A DNA stretch of 47,583 bases from contig CAKJZE010000021.1 in assembly GCA_918285425.1 (NCBI GenBank), positions 1 through 47,583 on the forward strand, in the 5' to 3' direction. A model generated the notes under the pieces. It did not search any database. It saw only the letters and a program-made list of their open reading frames with translations, and had not been told where the DNA came from. Source of the DNA: Clostridiales bacterium (GTDB lineage Bacteria; Bacillota; Clostridia; Christensenellales; UBA1242). Positions 1 through 9,799 of this stretch are shown here, in pieces (within the stretch, counting starts at the first letter, position 1; every line of letters begins with the position of its first letter). A program made the position numbers and the translations under genes.

Positions 1-1
1 T

Positions 2-703
2 CCTCGTTTTGAAGAGTTGTTTGAAGCCAAGAAACCAAAGGGCGTTGCAGTAGTCAGCGAGGTAAACGGAAAAGTTACCGACATAAACGAAGCAAAACAA
101 ATGATAACAATTCAAAACGTAGACGGAACTGATGTTGTCTATGGCACACCATATGGCGCAAAGTTCAAAGTTGCCGTTGGCGACACTGTTGAACCAGGAA
201 CTGCACTTACCGAAGGTCCTCTTAACCCACATGATATCCTTAAAACAAAAGGAATTAAGGGTGTTCAAGATTACATGATTCGTGAAGTTCTTAAAGTTTA
301 TAAGAATAACTCGGTTGATGTTAACGATAAACATATGGAGATTATTGTTCGTCAGATGCTTCGTAAAGTTAAGATTGAAGAGTCTGGTGATACTGACCTT
401 CTTCCTGGTGAGATTGTTGATATCTTTAAATATGAAGAGGAAAACGAAAGAGCTCTTGAAAACGGTGGTGAGCCAGCAACCGCAAAACGTGTACTTCTTT
501 CAATCACTAAAGCATCTCTTGCAACTGACAGCTTCTTGTCAGCCGCTTCCTTCCAGGAAACTGTACGTGTTCTTACAGACAGTGCAATTTGCGGAAAAGT
601 TGATCCACTTGTTGGTCTTAAAGGTAACGTTATTATTGGTAAACTTATACCAGCTGGTACTGGACTTCGCAAGTATCGCGAAATGTCACCTGTTTCAAGG
701 TAA
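2..703 (+). CDS. rpoC: DNA-directed RNA polymerase subunit beta' (C-terminal fragment; 5' end lies off-window)
   Basis: The frame is open from position 2 ([14 protein letters not shown]...). The C-terminal beta' signature is recognised: [63 protein letters not shown] hairpin plus T-run follows. Confidence 0.9.
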   Translation, partial: PRFEELFEAKKPKGVAVVSEVNGKVTDINEAKQMITIQNVDGTDVVYGTPYGAKFKVAVGDTVEPGTALTEGPLNPHDILKTKGIKGVQDYMIREVLKVYKNNSVDVNDKHMEIIVRQMLRKVKIEESGDTDLLPGEIVDIFKYEEENERALENGGEPATAKRVLLSITKASLATDSFLSAASFQETVRVLTDSAICGKVDPLVGLKGNVIIGKLIPAGTGLRKYREMSPVSR

Positions 704-736
704 AAATTAACACATCTGCTGTGTTTCTACAAAAAA

Positions 737-785
737 AATCACACACTCGTTTACGAAAAAGTAAAGTCGTGCGTGATTTTTTTTG
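737..785 (+). terminator. Rho-independent terminator after rpoC
   Basis: aatcacacac (737-746) pairs with gtgcgtgatt (769-778) with one mismatch, followed by a run of T. Confidence 0.6.
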
Positions 786-982
786 TGAGCCTTGCATCTG
801 TGCCAATTTTTACCTTGAAACAATTTTTAGTGGGATTTATAGTTTTCACTCATTTATGAAAGTAAAATCGAGTGTGGGAATTTTTTATGCCTCGTCTAAG
901 TTATTATTTTTATCTTATTATAATTGACATGATATGAAAAGAATGATAATATGTAAAAGTAATTCTTTGGAGAAATTAAATT

Positions 983-1429
983 GTGATAAAAGGTAATAAA
1001 TTAATTTTAATGTCTATTTTGTCTTATTATGCAAGACAGATTTTTGATGGTGATAAAAGATATGAATTTAGAAAATCTCCAATTAAAGAATCGGAATTAA
1101 ACAAACCAATATTTATATATTCGGCAAAAGATGATAAAGCAATTATTGGAACAGTAAAAGTCAAAAAAATACTTTGCGGAACAATTGATCAGATTATGAA
1201 AATGACTGGTTATGACAAGCGTAAAGATGCCTTTGAAATTGTTGAATATTTTAAAAATTCATCAAAATGCTATGCTTTGGAACTTTATGATATACAAAAA
1301 TTTTCTCAACCATTGATGTTAAAAAAATTAAGATCAATTGATCCTAAGTTACAATTACCTCAATATTTTAAATATATCTATTCAAAATCACCAATTTATG
1401 ATGAGTTAGTTAATTATAAAAATAAATAA
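983..1429 (+). CDS. ASCH (PUA-like) domain protein, putative
   Basis: N-terminal pattern ILSYYARQIFDGDKRYEFRKSPI resembles the ASCH domain opening. GTG start in the track; ATG at MSILSYY is an alternative. AT-rich accessory context. Confidence 0.45.
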   Translation: MIKGNKLILMSILSYYARQIFDGDKRYEFRKSPIKESELNKPIFIYSAKDDKAIIGTVKVKKILCGTIDQIMKMTGYDKRKDAFEIVEYFKNSSKCYALELYDIQKFSQPLMLKKLRSIDPKLQLPQYFKYIYSKSPIYDELVNYKNK

Positions 1430-1440
1430 AAAATATAATA

Positions 1441-1467
1441 AAAAAAGTGCCGAGCGGCACTTTTTTG
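1441..1467. terminator. Bidirectional terminator between convergent genes
   Basis: A-run, then GTGCC-gagc-GGCAC, then T-run (aaaaaagtgccgagcggcactttttt). Confidence 0.7.
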
Positions 1468-1479
1468 TTCTTTTGAATA

Positions 1480-1698
1480 TTAATAATCTTTTAAACCAAC
1501 CAAATAATCTGTAGACACCCCAAAGAAAATGGCAATATTATAAACATTTTCCATGCTTGGAATTCTTTGTTTATTTTCCCATCTTATTATTGCTGTATCA
1601 CTTACTTTGATTGCTTGTGCAAGTTGCTTTGCACTAATATTTTTTTCTTTCCTCAAATCTCTTAATCTTTCACTGAAAATTTCTATCATATTTATCAC
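1480..1698 (-). CDS. XRE-family helix-turn-helix transcriptional regulator
   Basis: 72 aa. Typical HTH_3 pattern: RLRDLRKEKNISAKQLAQAIKVSDTAIIRWENKQRIPSMENVYNIAIFFGVSTDYLVG. Confidence 0.8.
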   Translation of the reverse strand: MINMIEIFSERLRDLRKEKNISAKQLAQAIKVSDTAIIRWENKQRIPSMENVYNIAIFFGVSTDYLVGLKDY

Positions 1699-1781
1699 CT
1701 ATACATAGAATATGACAAAAGTCAGTGAAATACTTGCAAACTGACAATAGTCATTATATAATAGTGTTAGAGGTTATGAAA

Positions 1782-2057
1782 ATGATACTTGACGGTGATA
1801 AAAGTAAAAATAATGCTGATTGTGTGGAATATAAGAAAAGACGAATTAATCCTGACATGGATTTAGAAAGGGTATTGCACTTTGTTGCCGAACAAAATGT
1901 GAAAAATGAAATAGAGTTTGAAAGAAAATTTGGACTTCCTGATTTTTTTATTTCATCATTGTTTGACAGGGACTACACATATCCCATGATCTACTATATG
2001 CGTCTTGCAGAGATTATGGAAGTCCAATTTACTGATTTATTCTTCTTTTTAAAGTGA
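1782..2057 (+). CDS. hypothetical protein (divergent from the XRE gene)
   Basis: ORF with AGAGG 8 nt upstream of the ATG at 1782. The track start at 1725 is non-ATG. No recognisable motif. Confidence 0.4.
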   Translation: MILDGDKSKNNADCVEYKKRRINPDMDLERVLHFVAEQNVKNEIEFERKFGLPDFFISSLFDRDYTYPMIYYMRLAEIMEVQFTDLFFFLK

Positions 2058-2179
2058 TTTTACTTAAACCATATGAGATTCATTCAATTACACAAAAAAT
2101 GATGCATAGGCAAGGCAAAAAAACATTGATAAATAAATAACGTTGATTAGGTCAAAAATTGCTTATATAACAAAGAAAT

Positions 2180-2232
2180 AAAAAATCGCGACACTCGATT
2201 TTATTTTCATAAATGAGTGTGTCGCGATTTTG
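2180..2232. terminator. Bidirectional terminator hairpin
   Basis: atcgcgacactc (2185-2196) pairs with gagtgtgtcgcgat (2215-2228) with a 2-nt bulge, flanked by an A-run and a T-run. Confidence 0.6.
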
Positions 2233-2264
2233 TAGTTAACGCAGTTGGATTTGTAATTTTTGAC

Positions 2265-3446
2265 CTAGTCTATAGAGTAGTTGTCAAAGTAGCCAGTGAT
2301 AAGCACTACTGGAGTTCCTTTGTCACCACTGCCACTGACAAGATCGCAGAGAGATCCGATAAGGTCGGTATAGTGTCTTGGGGTTGTGCCAAGTGATACA
2401 TTTTGATTTTTCAAATCTTTGTCTTTGTTGGCGATAAATTTTTTCATTTCTTGTGTCAATTTTTCACCTTTAAGGTCTTTAAATACGTTGTCAGATATAT
2501 ATTTAAGTTTGATCTCGTTTGGTGTTCCAAGCAGCCCATTTGTGTGGGCTGGGCTTACAACTGGGTCAGCAAGTTCCCAAATGCCACCAACTGGATCTTT
2601 AAATGCTCCGTCACCATAAACCATACATTCCAGGTTTACACCAAGGCGTTTTTTAAGTTCAAGTTGAAGCTCGGTAACAAATGCTTCGCCACCGCGTGGG
2701 AACAATTTAATGTTACCTTCTTTACTGCGGTTGCTGCCAAGCACGCCATACATTGGGTGATAGCCATGCTCGGCACTTTCGTCATTTAAAATTTCATCAA
2801 GTGAAAGAACCCTTTTTGCACCATTTGAAAGCAGTATTCTCTTTGTTCGCTTTCTTGAGTGTATATCAGCATTGATAACTTTGTCAGTATACTTTAAAAT
2901 CTCAAGTGGGTCATTTGAAAGAATAATTTTTGCTTTTTTTCCGCCTATTGCAAGGTATTCTTTGATATAGTCGACGCCGGTGAAAGGATGCTCTACACTT
3001 TTAACAAGGTTATAGAATTCTTCGCTTGTATATGCCTTGTCAAATTTGGTGATTCCAAGGTCGTAAAGTGTGTCGATTGAAACAAGAGGGTTGCCAACCT
3101 CGTCAAAAGGGTATGAAAGTTGAATGATAAGCTCGTCCACGCCTTGTGCAATGCCTTGAAGTATGCCCATAAATCTGTTGCGGGAAAGGATAGGGAAAAT
3201 AAGCCCCACTTTGCCGCCGCCCAGTTTGTTGCGAACATCACAAGCAATGTCTTCGGTTGAGGCAAAGTTGCCTTGACTGATTGCAACAACGGCTTCAGTC
3301 ACGCAAACTATATCCTTTTCTTTAAGTGTAAGGTTTTTCTCTTTTACAATATTTTCAATGCTTGTTGCAACAATATCAACAAGATCGTCACTATATTTGA
3401 TGACGGGTGTACGTACGCCATAGGCGCAAGTTCCATAAGTTCTCAT
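2265..3446 (-). CDS. CofE-like (coenzyme F420-0:L-glutamate ligase family) protein, putative
   Basis: 393 aa. The opening MRTYGTCAYGVRTPVIK...DIVCVTEAVVAISQG and the size resemble clostridial CofE-like proteins. Recalled from memory, not verified. Confidence 0.5.
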   Translation of the reverse strand: MRTYGTCAYGVRTPVIKYSDDLVDIVATSIENIVKEKNLTLKEKDIVCVTEAVVAISQGNFASTEDIACDVRNKLGGGKVGLIFPILSRNRFMGILQGIAQGVDELIIQLSYPFDEVGNPLVSIDTLYDLGITKFDKAYTSEEFYNLVKSVEHPFTGVDYIKEYLAIGGKKAKIILSNDPLEILKYTDKVINADIHSRKRTKRILLSNGAKRVLSLDEILNDESAEHGYHPMYGVLGSNRSKEGNIKLFPRGGEAFVTELQLELKKRLGVNLECMVYGDGAFKDPVGGIWELADPVVSPAHTNGLLGTPNEIKLKYISDNVFKDLKGEKLTQEMKKFIANKDKDLKNQNVSLGTTPRHYTDLIGSLCDLVSGSGDKGTPVVLITGYFDNYSID

Positions 3447-3666
3447 TTGAGTATCTCCCTTTAATTTATTACATGAAAATTGTAATATATTTGTCCTTGT
3501 TTTAGCAAATGATTTTAAATTTTAATTAAAATTAATATATGTATATTTTGCAATAATACAAAAGTACTTGCGCTGTGACATTTTCTGGGTTATAATAAAA
3601 ATGTTAAAAAAGATCCCTCGTCGGTGATTTGCACCTTGCTCGGGATGACAAAAAAGGAAAAGAAAA

Positions 3667-4257
3667 ATGTTAAATATTCAGGAAAATAAAGAAGAATTTA
3701 TGCGTATTGCACGCGAAAACATAAAGCGTGAAGGTGTGGAAGAGTTGTTGAAGTTTTTGGAAAGCACAGACTTTTTCACTGCCCCTGCTTCAACAAGGTT
3801 TCACCTTGCCGAGCCTGGTGGACTTTGTCAACACTCACTCAACGTTTATGACAGGTTGCTTCGTCTTTGTGTGGAAGAATATGGCGAAGAGATAAATGAA
3901 GAGGCTGTTGCCATCTGTGGACTTTTCCATGATGTATGCAAATGCTGCTATTATAAAGAGAGCAAACGCAATGTCAAAGAAAATGGTGTTTGGGTGGAAA
4001 AGCCTTTCTATACAGTGGAAGACCAACTCCCTTATGGGCATGGCGAAAAAAGTGTTTATATTATAAATGGATATATGAGATTGACTCGTGAAGAGGCTAT
4101 GGCAATCAACTGGCACATGGGTGGTTTTGATGCAAGAGCGCAGAACTCATCTGCGACCTATGCAGAGGCATACAGCAAATTCCCATTTGCAGTGCTTATG
4201 CACATTGCAGATCTTGAAGCAAGCTATCTTGACGAAAACAGAGGTGGTGAAGAATAA
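3667..4257 (+). CDS. HD-domain phosphohydrolase
   Basis: H...HD signature (LCQHSLNV ... GLFHDVCK ... LMHIADLEA). Its stop overlaps the gltX start. Confidence 0.75.
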   Translation: MLNIQENKEEFMRIARENIKREGVEELLKFLESTDFFTAPASTRFHLAEPGGLCQHSLNVYDRLLRLCVEEYGEEINEEAVAICGLFHDVCKCCYYKESKRNVKENGVWVEKPFYTVEDQLPYGHGEKSVYIINGYMRLTREEAMAINWHMGGFDARAQNSSATYAEAYSKFPFAVLMHIADLEASYLDENRGGEE

Positions 4258-5918
4258 TGGACTATAACAAACTTGCAGACTTATTATTTCCAAATGTTGA
4301 TAAAGACATTGACTTTTACCTCGCAAAGTTTAAAAAACGTGATTTGCCAAATGGGGCCGAAGTTACACGTATTGCGCCAAGCCCAACTGGATTTTTGCAT
4401 CTTGGCACAGTTTATGGTGCACTTATTGACTATCTTGCTGCGTATAAGACAAATGGAGTGTTCTATATGCGACTTGAAGATACTGACCAAAAGCGAGAGA
4501 TTGAAAATGCAGGACAAATTGCCTATGATATGCTGTGCTTCTATGGGCTAACACCTGATGAGGGCTATGCAGGTGACGGAAAACAAAGTGGGGAATACGG
4601 AAGCTATATTCAATCTAAAAGGGCAGAGATTTACCATGCTTTTGCAAAGCATTTGGTGAAAGTTGGCAGGGCTTTTCCATGTTTTTGTCAATCTGCAGAC
4701 AGTAAAGCGGACATTTTAAAGCGTCGCGAAGAACAATTGGAAGAAACTGATGACATAGAGGCAAAAGATCCTTGCCGTGACCTTACATATAAAGAAATTG
4801 AGGCAAATATAAACTCTGGCAAAAAGTTTGCTTTAAGACTTAAATCACAAGGTGACAGTGACAAGACTTTTGAATTTGTTGATCTTATAAAAGGCAAACG
4901 TGAAATTCGTGAAAATGTGAAAGATATTGTGTTGCTTAAAAGCAACGGTATACCAGTTTACAGTCTTGCGCACCTTGTTGATGATACACTTATGGGCACA
5001 ACAATTGTTGTTCGTGGGGAAGAGTGGTACCCTTCACTTGCAGCCCACTTGGAGCTTTTTGATGCCTGCGGGCTTCCAAGACTTAAGTATGCACATACTC
5101 CGGTTATTTGTAAACTTGATGAGAACGGTAATAAGCGTAAACTTTCAAAACGTAAAGATCCGGAAGCTGATGCAAGATATTTTGTAGTAAACGGCTATCC
5201 AAAGCAGGCTGTTATTGAATATCTGCTGAACCTTTTAAACAGCGATTTTGAAGGCTGGAGAGTGAAAAATCCAACAGCAGACTATCGCGATTTTGATTTT
5301 AAAATCAGTAAGATTTCATCAAACAACCCAATGTTTGACATTGTTAAAATGGGTGATGTTTCCAAAAATGTCATCAGCAGAATGACAGCACAAGATGTTT
5401 ATTTAAACGTGATGGAGTGGGCAAATGCCTTTGATAAAGACTTTGCAGACATTTGGAAAAAGAATAAGGAAAAAGCTTTGAAGGTGCTTGCAATTGGCAG
5501 AGAGGGGGAGCGTCCAAGAAAAGATTTGACCACTTTTGCAGATGCAAAGACTCTTTACAGCTATATGTTTAAAGAAACGCTGAACAAACAAAACTTGCTT
5601 TCATTTGATGGTAAAGTTGACAATGCTACAATCAAAGAATTTTTAAACAAATATCTTGCAAATATTGATCTTAATGTTGATAATCAACAGTGGTTCAATC
5701 AAGTTAAAGAGATTGCTGGAACATGCGGTTTTGCGACAGACAATAAAGAATATAAAGCAAATCCAAATGCATATAAGGGAAATGTTGCAGACGCTTGTGC
5801 AATAATTCGAATTGCAACAACTGGAACAAATCAAACACCTGATCTTTGCACAATACTTAAAATTTTGGGTGATGCTGAAGTTAAAACAAGATTAAAATTT
5901 GTGATTGATAACGTTTAA
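4257..5918 (+). CDS. gltX: glutamate--tRNA ligase
   Basis: Class I aaRS motifs: a HIGH-like motif in TRIAPSPTGFLHLGTVYGAL and a KMSKS-like KLSKRK. The GluRS-type APSPTG context argues against a GlnRS-type enzyme. Confidence 0.9.
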   Translation: MDYNKLADLLFPNVDKDIDFYLAKFKKRDLPNGAEVTRIAPSPTGFLHLGTVYGALIDYLAAYKTNGVFYMRLEDTDQKREIENAGQIAYDMLCFYGLTPDEGYAGDGKQSGEYGSYIQSKRAEIYHAFAKHLVKVGRAFPCFCQSADSKADILKRREEQLEETDDIEAKDPCRDLTYKEIEANINSGKKFALRLKSQGDSDKTFEFVDLIKGKREIRENVKDIVLLKSNGIPVYSLAHLVDDTLMGTTIVVRGEEWYPSLAAHLELFDACGLPRLKYAHTPVICKLDENGNKRKLSKRKDPEADARYFVVNGYPKQAVIEYLLNLLNSDFEGWRVKNPTADYRDFDFKISKISSNNPMFDIVKMGDVSKNVISRMTAQDVYLNVMEWANAFDKDFADIWKKNKEKALKVLAIGREGERPRKDLTTFADAKTLYSYMFKETLNKQNLLSFDGKVDNATIKEFLNKYLANIDLNVDNQQWFNQVKEIAGTCGFATDNKEYKANPNAYKGNVADACAIIRIATTGTNQTPDLCTILKILGDAEVKTRLKFVIDNV

Positions 5919-5934
5919 GGAAAAAGAAATAAAA

Positions 5935-5955
5935 GGCGGCGGTTGCCGTCTTTTT
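5935..5955. terminator. Terminator after gltX
   Basis: GGCGGC-ggtt-GCCGTC followed by TTTTT, with an A-run upstream. Confidence 0.7.
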
Positions 5956-6103
5956 ATCTTTCCATTTCTTGTTCTTTATCTTGGCTTGCAATCTTTTTGG
6001 CTTTCAAAAGATTGTCAAGGTTATGACCAATATCTTTGATTTTGCTGTTGTAAAGATTTCTGTAGGCGATTTCCACTGCACGTTTTGTTGATACTTTTTT
6101 CAT
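5954..6103 (-). CDS. possible small ORF (49 aa), not in the ORF track
   Basis: ATG at 6103..6101 to TAA at 5956..5954; product MKKVSTKRAVEIAYRNLYNSKIKDIGHNLDNLLKAKKIASQDKEQEMER. It ends at the bidirectional terminator, but no clear Shine-Dalgarno sequence is present. Confidence 0.25.
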   Translation of the reverse strand: MKKVSTKRAVEIAYRNLYNSKIKDIGHNLDNLLKAKKIASQDKEQEMER

Positions 6104-6244
6104 ATAGATATTATTAACTTGGGATTACTTTTTTTATACTATATAATATTTATTTTATTTGTAACTTATCTGTTTTTATGTTATAATTATTTTATCAAAT
6201 GATAAAAATGTATGTTCTTGCACAACATACTTTCAAGAGGAATA

Positions 6245-7075
6245 ATGAAAAAAGATTTGGAGTGGGGTAAAATAAGGTATTACTCGTCATATGGTGACGA
6301 TTTTTTCCACAATCCAAGGGTAAGAAACAAGAAGATAAAAGACAATTATCGCTATATCCAACGTGGTCTGTTTTTAAACTTTTTAAGAAATGTTTTTTAC
6401 TATCTTTTTGCAGTGCCAATTATTTGGATGCTGAACAAAGCGAGATATGGCGTTAAAGTTTATGGAAGAAAGAATATAAGAAAGATTAAAGGTGGCTATA
6501 TCATTATTGGCAATCACTCTTGTGTTTTTGATCAATGCTTTGCTTCGGTTATGGTGGCGTGGCCAAGAAGAAACTATATAGTTGCAAACAAGGGTGTTGT
6601 TGAAGTGCCTGTTGCAAGATACTTAACCAGAACATTGGGTGCGCTTCCACTTCCAGACGGTCCAAGAGGATTGATTAATTTAAGCAATGCCATAAATAAA
6701 ATAGTGAACAAGAAAAAAGATGTTGTCACAATTTATCCAGAGGCGCATTTGTGGCCATATCATACGGGGCTGCGTCCACTTCCACCTGCAAGTTTTCACT
6801 ATGCGGTAAAAAGTGATGTGCCAGTTGTGCCTGTCGCTGTCACATACAGGTATGCAAAGGGGAAGAACTATTTAAAGAAAAAACCAAAGGTGAATTTGAC
6901 TATTTTAGAGCCAATTTATGCCGATAAAGGACTTTCACCAATTGAGTGCAAAGCAGATCTTGCAAAGCGTACTGAAGACGCTTTAAGAAATGTGATTGAA
7001 ACTGATGATAATGTTGCACTTTATAGATATGTTTATAAAGCTGATGCAAAAGATGCAAAACATCATAATGATTAA
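6245..7075 (+). CDS. 1-acyl-sn-glycerol-3-phosphate acyltransferase family (PlsC-like) protein
   Basis: HX4D acyltransferase motif (GNHSCVFD) and a downstream IYPEAH block. The ATG at 6245 is preceded by AGAGGA. Confidence 0.75.
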   Translation: MKKDLEWGKIRYYSSYGDDFFHNPRVRNKKIKDNYRYIQRGLFLNFLRNVFYYLFAVPIIWMLNKARYGVKVYGRKNIRKIKGGYIIIGNHSCVFDQCFASVMVAWPRRNYIVANKGVVEVPVARYLTRTLGALPLPDGPRGLINLSNAINKIVNKKKDVVTIYPEAHLWPYHTGLRPLPPASFHYAVKSDVPVVPVAVTYRYAKGKNYLKKKPKVNLTILEPIYADKGLSPIECKADLAKRTEDALRNVIETDDNVALYRYVYKADAKDAKHHND

Positions 7076-7106
7076 ATTGTTATTTTAAAATAAATAATTA
7101 CTAAAG

Positions 7107-8393
7107 ATGGAGAAAAATATAGTGATAAATAATGTTGCAGATATTTCAAGAATTGTATTTCTTATAATTTTAGGTGTTGCGTGCCTGCTTTTTGCATACA
7201 GATTTATCTATGCAATGCTGGGGTTCGGTAAGCCCGTTAAGTTTAAAGATGCAAAAGAAGACCACCGTTTTGCAATTCTGATTCCTGCAAGAAATGAAAG
7301 TAAGGTTATTCGTGATTTACTTGAGGCAATTAAAGCTCAAAAATATGACCAAAGCAAAATTGATACCTATGTTGTCGTTAAAGATCCAAAAGATGAGACA
7401 ATAAAAATTGGGGAAGAATATAACGTCAATGTGCTGGTTGAGCCAAACCAAAAATGCAAGGGTGATGCTTTGGACTTTGCAATAAAACACATTTATGAAA
7501 AGCAAGAAAAATATGATGCTTTTGTCATATTTGATGCAGATAACATACCTAAAGAGGATTTTATTAAAGAGATAAATAAAGCTCTTGATGCTGGATATGA
7601 TATTGGTATGGGCTATCGCAACAGTAAAAACTGGAATGATAACTGGGTTTCTGCTGGAAGCTCTATGACATTTACATTTGTCAACACTCTTTCAAACAAG
7701 GGCAGAAGCAAACTGGGATTAAGTAACATTTTTTCAGGAACTGGCTATTTTGTCAATGAGTCGGTTATTGAACCATACAAATGCTGGCCATTTAAAACTT
7801 TGACCGAAGACTATGAGATTTCACTTTATGCAATTGTGAAAGATCTTAAAACAACCTATGTTGAAAGGGCGGAATATCTTGACGAACAACCAACCAGTTT
7901 TCCTGTCAGCTGCAAGCAAAGAAAAAGATGGATTAAAGGTTATTTTGCAGTAAGGAAAAAGTTTGTTGGTCAGATTATTAAATCTTTGTTTAAAAGCAAA
8001 GAAAACAAATGGTCAAAAGTTGAGCAAACCTTTGGGTTGCTTCCAATAATTGTCATTATTGCAGATGTGATGATCTATTTGGCATTGCAAATTGCATTTA
8101 TGATTTGGGCGGCAATCATAAATGTGTCGCTGTGGCCGTTTATATTGGAATTTGTCTATACTTTTGCTGCGGTTTATGTGGCACTTTCAATTGTCAGTAT
8201 TGTTGGCCTTGTGTCAGAAAGAAAACGAGTCAAATTCACTGCAAAAACTGTTGCAAATGTGATATTCTTTAATCCGTTGTTCACCATATCTTGGATTCCA
8301 GTTGCAATCGTTGCACTGTTTTCAAAAAATGTGGGTTGGACTGCTATTGAGCATACCAAATCAATTTCTGATAAACAAGAAAAGAAAGTTTAA
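7107..8393 (+). CDS. family 2 glycosyltransferase, processive type, membrane-embedded
   Basis: ILIPARNES, FDADN and the Q-R-x-R-W motif (CKQRKRWIKG), plus N- and C-terminal hydrophobic segments. Confidence 0.8.
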   Translation: MEKNIVINNVADISRIVFLIILGVACLLFAYRFIYAMLGFGKPVKFKDAKEDHRFAILIPARNESKVIRDLLEAIKAQKYDQSKIDTYVVVKDPKDETIKIGEEYNVNVLVEPNQKCKGDALDFAIKHIYEKQEKYDAFVIFDADNIPKEDFIKEINKALDAGYDIGMGYRNSKNWNDNWVSAGSSMTFTFVNTLSNKGRSKLGLSNIFSGTGYFVNESVIEPYKCWPFKTLTEDYEISLYAIVKDLKTTYVERAEYLDEQPTSFPVSCKQRKRWIKGYFAVRKKFVGQIIKSLFKSKENKWSKVEQTFGLLPIIVIIADVMIYLALQIAFMIWAAIINVSLWPFILEFVYTFAAVYVALSIVSIVGLVSERKRVKFTAKTVANVIFFNPLFTISWIPVAIVALFSKNVGWTAIEHTKSISDKQEKKV

Positions 8394-8458
8394 AAATAAA
8401 ATTATAAAAATATAAAGTTTAGTGCTTTATATTTTTATTTTTTGTAAATAATTTAAAT

Positions 8459-8770
8459 ATGCAGAATGATTTTTATGAAAGAGTTTATGACTTAATAAAG
8501 CTTATCCCGTTTGGCAGGGTGACAACTTTTGGCGAGATTGCAAGGACTCTTGGTCAATATAGTGCCAGCAGACTTGTAGGGCGTGCAATACAAAATATAA
8601 ATAAATTTGGTAACGTTCCAATCCACAGAGTTGTCTTTAAAAATGGTGGACTTTGCAAAAAGTTTGCACTTGGAGGTGTAAAAGCACAAAAGCATCTTCT
8701 TGAGAGTGAGGGAATAGAGATAAAAAGGTATAGAGTTGATTTGCAAAAATATGGATTTTATTTTTGGTAA
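8459..8770 (+). CDS. MGMT-family DNA-binding protein lacking the acceptor cysteine (ATL-like)
   Basis: 103 aa. IPFGRVTTFGEIA helix-turn-helix block. The position of the PCHRV active site reads PIHRVV. Confidence 0.7.
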   Translation: MQNDFYERVYDLIKLIPFGRVTTFGEIARTLGQYSASRLVGRAIQNINKFGNVPIHRVVFKNGGLCKKFALGGVKAQKHLLESEGIEIKRYRVDLQKYGFYFW

Positions 8771-8779
8771 GTATGAATA

Positions 8780-8813
8780 AAAAAAAGACCAAACGTTAAA
8801 GTTTGGTCTTATT
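8780..8813. terminator. Bidirectional terminator
   Basis: agaccaaac-gttaaa-gtttggtct with flanking A and T runs, between convergent genes. Confidence 0.6.
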
Positions 8814-8826
8814 ATTTATACTTTTA

Positions 8827-9696
8827 TTATTCTTCACATCTTGCAACTGCAAGTGCCAGACTGCCTGGCCCAATATGACAAGAAACGCTGAGTGAAAGTG
8901 GATCAACAAAATGAATTGGAAGGTTTGGGAAGGCCTTTTCAATTTCTTCTTTAAATTTCATTGCCTCTTTTTCATTTTGTGTGTGAGCAATATTGATGCA
9001 AAGTTTGCCTTGGCTGTATGGCTCAATTAAGGAAGTTTCCAAATCTTTTTTAACTGCAGCAATCATCTTTTGTTTTGCTTGCATGATGTTCATAACTTTT
9101 GCGAAACTATCAAGTTTGTCACCATGTATCTGAAGAATAGGTTTAATGCTGAAAAGTTTTGCAAGAGCCGCAGCAGCAGGTGTGACTCTTCCACCTTTTT
9201 TAAGATACTTTAAAGTTGGCACCATAATATAAATTGTGGCATCCATCTTTGTATTTTCAAGATACTCTTTAATTTCACTTGCAGATTTGCCAGCTTCAGC
9301 CAGTTTAAGTGCTTCAAACACACTTGCCTTTTGAGTTACTGAAATGCGTTGGTTGTTGACAACAAACACTTTGCCTTCATATTCCTCTTCAGCATAGCGA
9401 ATTGCACTGTCACAACTTGAGCTTAAGCCGCTTGACATAGGAATATAAACAATTTGGTCAAATTCATTAAGAATTTTGTTCCAAATATCAGTCAGCTCTC
9501 CATATGATGGTTGAGATGTGAAAATTTCAGCATCATGTTTAAGCTTGTCGTAAAAATCATCAGTTGACAGGCTGATGTCTTCATAGTATTCTTCACCATC
9601 AATTAAAAAAGGCATTGGTACAATGAACAAATTTTTATGCTCACCAGTGTCTTTTATTCCAGCATTGCTGTCGGTTAAAATTGCAATTTTAGCCAT
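8827..9696 (-). CDS. DegV family fatty-acid-binding protein
   Basis: Typical DegV opening MAKIAILTDSNAGI; length 289 aa. Confidence 0.85.
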   Translation of the reverse strand: MAKIAILTDSNAGIKDTGEHKNLFIVPMPFLIDGEEYYEDISLSTDDFYDKLKHDAEIFTSQPSYGELTDIWNKILNEFDQIVYIPMSSGLSSSCDSAIRYAEEEYEGKVFVVNNQRISVTQKASVFEALKLAEAGKSASEIKEYLENTKMDATIYIMVPTLKYLKKGGRVTPAAAALAKLFSIKPILQIHGDKLDSFAKVMNIMQAKQKMIAAVKKDLETSLIEPYSQGKLCINIAHTQNEKEAMKFKEEIEKAFPNLPIHFVDPLSLSVSCHIGPGSLALAVARCEE

Positions 9697-9799
9697 ATAT
9701 CCTCAACTTTATCTTGTGTTTTTATACTATTATTATATACAATTTTGTAAAAAAATCAATTATTTTTTATTAATTGCATCAAAATATGAGCTAAATGCT

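Noticed and set aside
721-927. 68-aa ORF downstream of rpoC
   Set aside because: It has a non-ATG start, spans the rpoC terminator hairpin, has no RBS and is low-complexity AT-rich sequence.
3447-3666. A T-box or other riboswitch leader upstream of the HD-gltX operon
   Set aside because: No T-box consensus (AGGGTGGTACCGCG-like) or specifier/antiterminator architecture was found by eye; only a weak 5-bp hairpin is present.
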